NCBI RefSeq assembly: GCF_037042905.1 | Contig: NC_087251.1 | Span: 34,288,001-34,352,000, forward strand | Length of the DNA stretch: 64,000 nt | Origin: Lytechinus pictus | Taxonomy: Eukaryota | Reading direction: 5' to 3' | Shown: positions 40,357 to 52,300 of the stretch, piece by piece | Numbering within the stretch: position 1 is the first letter of the stretch | Layout: every line of letters begins with the position of its first letter | Program-made: the position numbers and the translations under genes | The notes under the pieces: model-generated | What the model saw: only the letters and a program-made list of their open reading frames with translations | The model's database searches: none | What the model was told of the DNA's origin: nothing

Positions 40357-43300
40357 CTGAAAAACGAAAAGATGAGAAGGAACAATTAGAACCATAGAAG
40401 AGGCCGAGTTCGTGGTGTATAAAAAGAAGATTTAAAAACAATATTGGTAGAAATTTGATTATTCTTAAATCCTTCATTTTGCCTGATTATTTGAAACCAT
40501 TATAAATAAAGTTGAGATTTTGATAGTCTGTAATCATTAAATATGTTTTCGTAATTATTTTCATTTGCAATAAAAATCATGTAATGGATGGTTTCGGTCA
40601 GCGCGTACCACTAACCAGAGAAAGAAATCCATTATGAAGTAACACTTATTAGAGTCAAAGGCCTGTATTCTGAAGTCAGGTTTAAATTAAACCCTGGTTT
40701 AAAGTTGTGGTTTATCTATAGAGAGCCGATTGGGACACAAATCCATAACAGTGCACATTCAATTTATTAACTCACATGACACCCAAATTGTTCATTATTG
40801 TCTGGGAATAATAACTGACGTATTTTTCTTCCGTATGAAAACAAAAGGAAGCAAAATATTAAAACTAAGAAATATACAATATAAACATAATTTTTGGCTT
40901 CCCATAATTTTAGCACAGAGTTAGACCTCGGTCTAAGTTAAACCTGACTTATGAAGACGGGCCATTTTGTTTAATTACCGTTTGTTGGATATCAGAAGAT
41001 GTGTCTGGAGTAATTCCTGGGTTGGTTGATTTTGGGAATCGCCTCTTTGAAGGCTCCTTCCGGGTCTTTTTGGAAGGCTAGATAGAGGTTATAAGAAATA
41101 AAATATAAACTGATTAGTTTCAAGATTCTTAAAAGCTTTAAATTTAGACATTTTTCAAGTAAGAGAGAATTATGCGACATTTTTCAATACCAGTAGGTAG
41201 TTTTAGTAAATAGTATGGAAAGTGAGATTAGAAAAAGTACGCAACAAAAGCTTATTATTTATTTGAAAAAAAAATCACCTTCAAAAAATCTCCTCCATTT
41301 GCCGCAGAAACAACCACGATGTCCTCAGATGTAGGAAGAACACATATGTCTGTTTCTTTTGGACTAGCTGGAGGTTCATGGTGGAGATCGAAAAGCGGTT
41401 CTTTCTCAGACATTTCTCCTTGTCCGTTGTTGGAGATATGGCTCTTTGGCTGCTCCAGAGGCTCGGTGGTCCAGTTCTGGATTTTCGGAAGAGGGACCGA
41501 GTACTGCAACTTGAGTGAATCTACTAGGGGTCCGGTGTTCTTGATCGGGAGCACATCATTCGTTGCCAAGGAATGTGACTTTGGCTCGGAGACCTTCACC
41601 TCAGTGGGAACAGATTTTTTTTCTGGAACAGCCTCGATCGCAGCCTCAAGAACTTTCTGGACTTGTGCAGCAGATACGCCACTGGCCACGGTTAGCAGAG
41701 GCTCGTGCACTGATTGAACGGTGATGAAGTCTGCGTTGCTGACCGTGTTGCTGCATGCCTGGGTTGTACTCTCATTCCCGAAAGCCTGGTCGGCAGGTCT
41801 TGAATCCCTGGCAGTAGAGATCTTCAAGTAAGGGTCGTTGGCTGGTCTTACTTGAATAACACTCACATTTGGTGTGCCGCTGTTATTCTGGCTTTGGATC
41901 TTAGGCACCGCAGTATCAGGCTCGGAATCTCGAGTGCTCATTAACGGCAAGTTGGCATTTTGAATTGGTTGCACGTTAATGAGCCTCACTTTAGTGCCGC
42001 CGTTGACCTGGCTATAACATTCGGCTTCGTCTGTGTCCTTAGGTAGCAAGTCGGAGTCAGTCATCTGTTTCGGATTCTCAGCAACTCTGGTCTCATGCAC
42101 CTTCAAATCAGATACAGCTTCCCAAGGGGCCTTGGTCTCTAACGGCTCTTGATGTTGATAGGTTGGCAGACTCTCCAGAGGACAGTTGGTCAGTTTGGCA
42201 TCAGATCCAGATCCTTTGATGGTCTTAGGAGAAGATGACACAGTGGAGTCGACGGATGGTGTGATCCGTGGCAGGAAGTTGTAGCAATTGTTACCACTGG
42301 GTTGATCCTGTTGCAAGAAAAAAAATGAATATTGTGAACTATAGATAATGTTAATGGTAAATGTATATCTCCAATATTCATTAGTCTTACATACACAATT
42401 ACACTTCACGCCTAATTATGAAATGTACACAAGTACGACTTAAAACATTAAATAATAGAGAAGACAATCTGCTAATATATCGTTTATAAAACTCAAATTA
42501 AAACTGAAAAATGGGCAAACATAACATATTTCAATCTTGGTACATCGACTCATATACACTTAATTATATCTGGATAATCTTCAAATCAGGTCGTTGTTAT
42601 GAAGTATGTAATAATGTCTTTGATTGACGTACCAAGTTCACAGAATTGTTCTTCGTATGATCTGTTACATCCATACCAGAGTTCTTGGCAGAAGTCAGGG
42701 TGTCCTGATTAAATAAAATGAAACGAACGTACATTATTTACAATGTGAAAGGAATCTTTGTGTATTTATGAAACGCATATATTTTGTTGATGTTCAATTC
42801 GTTAGGTAAAAGTTTACATAAATTTCAGGATTATTTACAAATGCAAGATACCATAATTCAAGTTCTTGTTAAGCTGGGATAACAGTTTCCATTATCCATA
42901 TTCCCAGGTGCCAGGTAAACATGGCAGAGGTAATAATGGCAAAGGTAAAAATGGCAGAGGTGAAAATGGCAGAGGTAAAAATGGCAGAAGTAAAAATGGC
43001 ATAGGTAATAATGGCAGAGGTAAAAATGGCAGAGGTAAGAATGGCAGAGGTAAAAATGGCAGAGGTAAAAATGGCAGTGGTAAAAATGGCAGAGGTAAAA
43101 ATGGCAGAGGTAAAAATGGCAGAGGTAAAAACGGTAGAGGTAACAAGTGGAATGCCTCTGGCCGTCTCACCTGCATCACGCGATTCAATATAGCAGCAGT
43201 GCTGATTTTGAAAACTACTATAACTCGCACAAGATGTTCAGTGATACTTGGTTACTCTTATTTCCACGTTTTATGAACTAGACCAATACACTTATAGAGA

Positions 43301-46300
43301 TATGATGGCAATTCAACAAATACCCCCAACGTGGCCAATGTTCTTTGACCTTACATGACCTTTGACCTTGATCATGTGACCTGAAACTCGCACAGGATGT
43401 TCAGTGATACTTGATTACTATTATGTCCAAGTTTTATGAACTAGACCAACACACTTTCAAATTTATGGCTGTAATTCAACAAATACCCCAATTTGGCCAA
43501 AGTTCATTGACCCTAAATGACCTTTGACCTTGATCATGTGACCTGAAACTTGCACAGGATGTTCAGTAATACTTGATTACTATTATGTCCAAGTTTCATG
43601 AATCAGATCCATAAACTTTCAAAGTTATGATGGTAATTCAACAGATACCCCCAATTCGGCCAAAGTTCATTGACCCTAATTGACCTTTGACCTTGGTCAT
43701 GTGACGTGAAACTCATGCAGGATGTTCAGTGATACTTGATTAACCTTATGTATAAGTTTCATGAACTAGGTCCATATATTTTCTAAGTTATGATGACATT
43801 TCAAAAACTTAACCTTAGGTTAAGATTTTGATGTTGATTCCCCCAACATGGTCTAAGTTCATTGACCCTAAATGACCTTTGACCTTGGTCATGTGACATG
43901 AAACTCAGGCAGGATGTTCAGTAATACTTGATTAACCTTATGGCCAAGTTTCATGAACTAGGTCCATATACTTTCTAAGTTATGCTGTCATTTCAAAAAC
44001 TTAACCTCAGGTTAAGATTTGGTGTTGACGCCGCCGTCGCCGCCGCCGCCGCCGCCGCCGTCGCCGTCGGAAAAGCGGCGCCTATAGTCTCACTCTGCTA
44101 TGCAGGTGAGACAAAAATGGCAGATGTAAAAATGGCAGAGGTAATAATAGCAGAGGTAAAATGGCAGGGGTTATAATGGGAGAGGTAAAAATGACAGCTC
44201 TAGGTAAAATATGGCCAGTCTTAAACCCCCATGCAATGAATTGTCAAAAAGCCCCCGCATGTACATACATTAAATAAGAAGTGCATGTCACGGTTAGGCA
44301 TTTCATCATCATTATGTCTTTATCGGCCTAACAATGCTATTTACGAATTCGTTGGAGGTGTACTGTGAACGCTTTTTAAAAAGGAATCAAACGACAGATT
44401 TTTTTTTCATTCAATTTATCAGGAGCAAAATGAAACTGCACTATTCTCATTCATCATTTCATTACATTCCTTTTTGTCTGGCTGTTTTTTTTTAATCTAA
44501 AGTTTTGCCAGGTTTACCGATGCAAAAAGGAGGAGAGTAGACATAAGAGAGATGGAGAGACAGAGAGGGTTACGGGGGCGGGGAAAAACATAGAGAACAT
44601 AGCGGGGAAAGCTTAGACTTTGAAATTGTCACGAATGATTGTGGTTAAATATTATGTCCTTATTTGTAATATCGTCTGTGCTATTCTTTTTAAATATTTG
44701 AATGACAATAAGCATGTGTTCCCAGGCTTGGCACTGAATATGTAACTGATTATGAAAATCAATAATAATCTTGTTTTGACTGGTAAACCAATTTGGGGTC
44801 GATCGAGGGGGACCGTCTGGTTCAGATTCTTTGCATAAAAGAAGACCCTGAACCTTAACCACTGCATCCAATATGATATAAACGCCTTGATGTTCATAAC
44901 CCTTGGAAGCGGAAGTACTGTTGGGTATTTTGTACACCATAAGCAGCACCCTCTTAGTAATTAGCTTGGTATGCTAAAATGTAGAGATTTGATACAAATC
45001 TCTGTTATTTTTCAAACAGAAGAAAAAACATTGTTTATTATCTAATTGTTATTGTTTTTGTTGTAATTCGTTTTCTGACCTAAAAGAACTTCATTTAGTT
45101 GAAATAATTTTTGTGTCATTTTCCCCCTTAACCAAATCCCCTTTCATTTTGGATTGAATTTTTTTTTTCTCGGCTTTTTAACAAACCAGCACCCCATTTT
45201 TCAATTACTTTTCAAAAGTAAGTGGTGCTCACTCAAGGGGAAATATTTTTCGACAGTTATATCGTCATTTGCTTAAATGGATCTGTACCAATGTTAAAAT
45301 GTGGAAAAATCTTCAGGATTTTACATGCAGGGGCTTTTTGACAATTCATTGCATTGGGTTTAAGACTGGCCATATTTTACCTAGAGCTGTCATTTTTACC
45401 TCTCCCATTATAACCCCTGCCATTTTATCTCTGCCATTATTACCTCTGCCATTTTTACCTCTGCCATTTTTACATCTGCCATTTTTACCTCTGCCATTTT
45501 TACCTCTGCCATTTTTACCTCTGTCATTATTATCTCTGCCATTTTTACACTGAGCCTATTCCAAATGCATCTCATACTGAGGTACATACCGGTTGCTTGT
45601 TCACAGAGAAGATGGAATATCCTCCTTTTGGAGCAACAACCTTTGAGATGAGAAAAAAAAGGTTATAACGTATTTTTTAAAATGAAAGTTATATAGGTCC
45701 ATACACTTAATGTATTAAGTGTAAACTTTAAAAACAGTATCCTTGAGGGGAAACGATAGTTTGGAGTGATTCCCGGGTGATTGTCAAACAATAAACGATT
45801 TTTGATATATAGGCGAATGTCAATCTTTAAACGAATATGTAAGTTCTTCATCGAGCATAGAACATGGTAATACTTCATGTATCTCTGACGCTCTGGTTGT
45901 TAAGATTTAAATTCCCTTCTTTCAAATGTTTTCGAATGTTATTATTCTTATTATTATTAATATTATTATTATTATTGTTATTATTATTGTTATTATCATT
46001 ATTATCACATTAAATGTCGAATTCTTTACTCCGGCGCCAAAACACTACTGTACTTCTATGCGTTGAGTGTTCTGATAACATTATATTGTTAGATTAATAG
46101 AAACCTATACCTTTCCGTCGGGTTGTAATTTCTCCTTGTGTTCCGTTGTGATGGAATCAGATACAGGAGAAGTTCCATTGTCCTGTAACGAATAAAAGAT
46201 GTTAATATCTTTATTAGATAGCTCTGTATTTGGTTTCATTAAGATGCAAGCTCCAAGTAATAAAAAATGCAAGAATGTGTTCTGGGCATTCATTTCATCA

Positions 46301-49300
46301 CTTTAAAAATATTTCATCTGCTATATAGAGTTTAGTTTTCATTCGTATTGTAGTATGTCTATACATCTTAAATATACTCACCGGTTGTTTCTGGACGCAG
46401 AATACAGAGAACCCTCCATCAGGAACAGAAGCCTATATCAAATATAAGTGATAGAAAAAAAAAGGAAACGAATTATTTTCCTTTCATGCAGACACGATTT
46501 GATAATTATGAAATGATTAAAACAAAGCGTGGTTGATAAAGTATTCAGTTGTTAAAAAATCAAATGATACTTGCAATCGCCATATCAAAAAAGTACAATT
46601 ACTTGACGTTATGACACATACTTTAGATATTTCAATATCGATTTACTCTTAGCAAACTTAGGCAAAATATGCAAAGTTAATGAAATAAATATCTACAGTT
46701 ATATGAAATATTGAAATCCTATCCAATATAAAGAAAAATAATTTGATTTTATGTGTTGACCGTCATGAAATGTCTACCGGTATATTTAGACCTCAAATTA
46801 CTAAGATTTCAGGGCAGAAATGTTGGTGCTTAGAAGACTGGTGTAAGACTTAAAGAAAATATAATCTGCCAGTAATTTTGGGGGTTATCTTAAATTAACA
46901 ATCTTTTAAAACCTACCGTGAATATCCCAACAGCCGTCCATTCTTCATCGGGAATTTGTTTCAGGCGTATGAAATATTGAAAATTATATTGAAAGAGCTT
47001 ACTTTAAAGTTCAAGAGAGAGGGTGGGGCAGTTTGCTAATTTTGTCTTTGACTATCGTCACTAGATGTTTATATTAGGAACCCCAATGACTTAGAATTCA
47101 CGGCAGACGTATGTGTGCTTGGAAGACAGGTGTATATAAACCTTGCAGAACATAGACAAGTAAATTTCTTTATAATCAAGATCAAGAACTCTTTTCAACT
47201 TACCGTGGAAATCCCAACTGCCGCCCGGTCTTTCTCAGGAATGTGTTTCATGCGTAGCTTACAGGTTGGTTGCCCAGCAGAAGTGATCTTAAATGACTGC
47301 TTAGCCACTACCGAAGGCATGTCAACGAATACCGAGGACGTTGCAGGTGTCTGTTTCTGGACAGTACCAGATACCGTTGGTATAACTGGTGAGGGTGTTC
47401 GGTACGATAGGTCGACAGTAGCAGACACGGTTGGTATCTCCGGTGAGGATAGTCGAGGAAGATAAGCCAGGCACTCTTCCGAAGGTGCGTTGAAAGGCAC
47501 CTAAATTAAGAAGAAATTGATATTTCAAACAACAGTCGAGAGAATATCTTGTCTTTGTTTTTGATAGAAAGAACAGAGCTATTATATAAATGGTTCTGAA
47601 TAAAGTGATCCATCCTTATCTTTTTAAGTGTTTATATATTTAATCTTAATATTTTGTTATTCTTATACGGTATAAATCCAAAACATTATTTATCTGAAAA
47701 TGTTTTTCAATCTGGCTTACATGTATCGTTAAGTTGGTTGCCATGTTCCAATATAAACATTATTGTACATAATAATGTACATCAACATAATAAAGATAAG
47801 ATTTTATTTTATTTCGATCGACATTCATGAAAATGATGTGAAATTCTAAATTAAACAAAGCCCTACCACAGGGGTTTCGACGTGCTGGGGTTCTTCAGGG
47901 ATAGTCAATGTCGTTCCCAGTTTCTTCCCAGTTTGGAAAACTGAAAAGAAGTCATTCGATGGAGTATAGAGATCTTCTACGTTCTCATCGATATCACGGA
48001 AAGAAACCTAAGTATAAGAATAAGCCATAAGAAATACATAAAGGCTTACGTATGTATTTCGTTACACTTTTGTGATATTTTCCTTTATTTTAGCAGAAAT
48101 GTAACAATTATTTACTCAAGACTTCTCTTCAATAAATTTTCTAGAATAAGTTTCAGCATGTCTTTCATGACGAGGCAATGTAACCTCAACACATCGGTAT
48201 TAAATCATTGAGTCTTGGTACTAAAGGGAATATTAACATCAAATATTTCTCTCTAAAAAAATAATGTATCACCTGCCATACCTTGCCTGCTCGCAGATGG
48301 AAAGGGAACCGTTTATTAAGACGGTCCGGTCGCGTTAAATACAGGAAATAGGCATGTCCAGCAAAAGACAAAGCCAGGTCGATCCCATTCCAGATATTTG
48401 GACTGTGAAAAAAGGGAAATAAGTTCCGATTCGAAATAACTTGTGATAAACTGAAATAATTCCAGTTCAGGTTTTACTGAATGATTTAAGTGTCACTTCG
48501 TTTCTTCCCCTTTTATGATAACGAAAGAAAAATAATGAACCTATTATTAACACAATACGTTTGGAACACCTTTTCATGACACGATGGAGGTCCCCGAAGA
48601 TTTTCCTGTTCTATCAATAGTTTGTAGGCACCCTTGTTTTCAAATAGACATATTTTCTAATCGAAAAAAAATCACGTTAGGCCTACTTCCGTTGTACCTA
48701 CAAACCTAATATAATTCTACCATTAAGTTGATCTATTCGTGAGGAGAAAATTTAAGGGAAAATCTTTATCGAAATTCGTCATAATAGGCATGTTCTCGGG
48801 TTTGTTTTAAATTGGTCACTTGCAATGTAAACTGAAGTTTCTTATGTTTCCAGATTAATTTCCCTTGGTAAATAAGTGAAGCATACATTCTATTGCTTAT
48901 GTGATGGATACGAATAAATGAAAAAGCATAATAATACCTTTTCAGAACTGGGTAGACATACAGGGATAAAAGTCGATAGGTAGGTTCAGCAACAAACCAA
49001 ACACTAAAGAAGATAGCGAATGGTAAATAGAAGGGCACCTTTCTTGGGTGGTTCTTGATCGTCACCATACAGCCGTATACGAATATGATGGCCCCTATAG
49101 TAAGAAAGAAAGGGAGGGAAAAAAGGGGGCTTTCAGAGGCGTACATGTAGTTCCGACTTATTTCAAAGCGTATTGATATGGTGGCAAAATGTCGATCAGA
49201 TTGAAAATCAAACATTAATTTCATTTTTCCATTATGTATCCTTTAATATTCCTAACTTATACCAGGGCGATGGATCCACTCCAGTATGTAAAAGGAAATA

Positions 49301-52300
49301 ATGTAATATCCTATCGAGATAGGCCTTAAAATTTTGTAGGCAGATCATCACAGAAATCTTTTAAGATATGTGGTCATGAGGCCTGACAAATCTTCATTCT
49401 CTGACATTTATGATAATAATGATAATGAAAATAATAATACTAATAATAATAAATGATGATGATGATGATGATAATGATAATTAACAATTCTTGTTTGACG
49501 CATTTTACGTTATGTTTTGTAAACATGCTCAGACCGGTGCTTCTCAGCTAATACAATCAATGATTTCATTAGTGGTAAACAACTTTCATGAAACAGTACC
49601 GTGGTCACTAGCGTACCTACGGGGGGCAGTCTGCCCCCCCCCCTGACGAGCCACAACCCATGCAAAGGACGTAATCCTGCCACCCCCCTGACGAGCTTGA
49701 AAGACCTCTTTTTTGCCCCCCCCCCCCCCCGATGAGCTTGAAGACCTTTATTGCCCCCCCCTGACGAGCTTGAAGACTTTTTTTTTTTTTTTTTTTTTGC
49801 TTGTCAAATTTTTGGGCGGACGGTTTTGCCCCCCCTGTGGAAAATCCTAGTACGCCACTGACCGTGGTCTCAAAATTCTGCTAGTCTTTTCAACTTCTTA
49901 ATACAAGTTGAACACCTTCTTACCAGTAAACTTTAGGCCAATCAAACCGCTTGCTGATAGTGACGTCATACTGGTAATGATGTCTTGGGGGTCAAGCAGC
50001 ACACGTTGGTCAAAGAAGACGATAGTGTAGAATGTCAAGTAGATAGCACCAAACACTATTGTCTTCACTGTTCCAGGTAGGCTTATCTGAGCTCTGTAGG
50101 AAAGAAAAGTAAAATTACCGCCCTCTTTTATCGTCGTTATCATCTTGAACATCATAATAATAATCCCCTGCATCATTCGCTTGATCATCATCAACAGCAA
50201 CGACAACACAACTCCATCTTCATCACCAATACCAACAGCGCCTGTCCTTTTATACCAATCTGATCCGTTTTCATATTGTATTGTGTGCATACTTTTAATA
50301 CAGACAAAACTGCCCTTGACAACATGACAGCTTGCTAGAGGCTTATCATACATGGAATCAAGTAAAAGATGCAAACCGTATTCCAAATATTTAAAGCTTA
50401 TTAATTATTTTCAGGGCGACTAAATAATTAGTTACCAAGTTCCTTGAAACTTAGAAATATGGGTTCAATGAAGAACCCTATACAGAATATATGAAAATAC
50501 AGAAGATTTTGCAGAAAAAAATTGAAAATCAAAGATTTTACCCCCAACAAATACAGAATCATTCGGTACCAAACTCTGCTACCAGCGTTTCATTTACACT
50601 CTAAAAGGGATTGGCCAAAATGAGCATTTCTTGGTTAAGAGCAAATAAATATCTAGTAGAGTTTAACCAATAATTTGATTGATTTTGACCAGTTTGCCAT
50701 ATCAACAAAGAGAATGGTCATTTTGACCAATCCGATGTAGGTTGCAAAGTTGATCCTTCATTTCTTAGTGTGTTGGCAAAAAACGTTGAAATTTGAATCA
50801 CATGGTAAACATGTCTGTCATGTATGTACTTACTACATTAATTTACCTTGACATTGTGTGAGGTAGTACTTACCTGGTGATAGAGAACCCCTTTGACACA
50901 AGCAGCAGAACACACACAAAGAAAACTGTAGACAGCCACGAGAATACCTCAGCTAAAAACAAAATATTAGATAAAAAATCATACCAATTAATATAAAACT
51001 TGATTTGCCAAAGACCATTTGCTGTAATACTTTCTTCATCATTATTCTTTATAATTATATTTTTGGTTCATTCAAGAAAGTTTTACTTTTCAACATGTTC
51101 AATAAGGTTTATTTGTAGAAGATTGAAAGTTGAAAATTTTGAATAGATATCCTTATTTTTTAATTACCAGCGTCTTGCATCTTAGTCATTTCAAGTCCGG
51201 TCCGGGCAAACCTCGATAAATCGATGTTTAGGAGTAGAAGACACACTGTCTTGAAGAACAGACTGCTGTAGAATAACCGATAGGTTAGGTGCAGTAGTTT
51301 CCTCAGCGACAAGACGTCTAGAATAAGAATGAAATCACATATTAAGAAATGAAAGAGTTAAACTAGATATACTTGATTCATGTCACTTTGATTTTGTAGT
51401 TTCGCCAAAAATTGTATCATGAAAATATAGTAAGGTGAATTACGACATAAAAGAAAAAATACAGACAAAATGCCTCTGACTACTGTATTTTCTTGTGTAT
51501 CGTGTAGGAGGAAAACATAATAATTTCAGTTTTTAGAGCAGTAAGAAACTTACATCTGAATCGGGTAGCCAAGATAGTCATCGCCACGTATCCAAGAAAG
51601 AAGGCCAAGTCAGTCTCCATAATGACTAAAAGAAAGATTTTTGAAGAATCTTATCGTATTTTTTTAGAATGAAAATTACATCAATGTAATTTTACTTTGT
51701 TAAATGTGTTAAGATATAAGTATTAAAACGAATCATGGACACTCATTCAACGATGAATAAAAATATTTCAAGCATTCATTCATTCGGTCAATCAGTTGAC
51801 CAACCAAACTATATACTCACTTCTCCTAAGAACTCACTCACTCAATCACTCAATTAATCAATCCGTCAGTCAATCAATCAACAAAACTATCAATCAACAA
51901 AACTATCACTACGTTTATTTGGTAGTCGTTATGACACATTACGAATTAGATCAAATTAATACAAGAATGGCTCCTTTTATCAAGCACCATTTTGTTAGAT
52001 CTTTTTAAAAAAAGTTGACCTCGGACCCTTTTTATTCAATGTCAACTACCATGATAAATATAGGTTTACGTTTTTAATACATCATGAATGATATTTTTAT
52101 TCCTTGCTATTTTTCATTTATTTTGTGTCCATTTTGAGGCACTGTTTACGCCATGAATCAATTAAATAAACATGAAAAAATCTTACACTTCTGATTCTGG
52201 GCAAATTCCTTCATCAGTCCATTTTTCCCATTGGTCATATGTAAGGTGTACGAGACGTTCCTTAACCCCTTTCTATTACTCCTACAATTCGCCAACGTTA

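Noticed and set aside
42866..43276. ORFs with GKNGR / LPFLP / MAEVK repeats (also 45269-45553 and 43982-44176)
   Set aside because: They are translations of the 15-bp foldback arm repeats and (GCC)n, not genes.
43233..44000. Regularly spaced repeats as a possible CRISPR array (also 33040-33840)
   Set aside because: Eukaryotic context; the inter-repeat sequences are themselves homologous, so these are satellite units inside transposons; no cas genes.
44629..44949. Transposase fragment in the foldback middle
   Set aside because: No recognisable DDE or DNA-binding motifs in either ORF.
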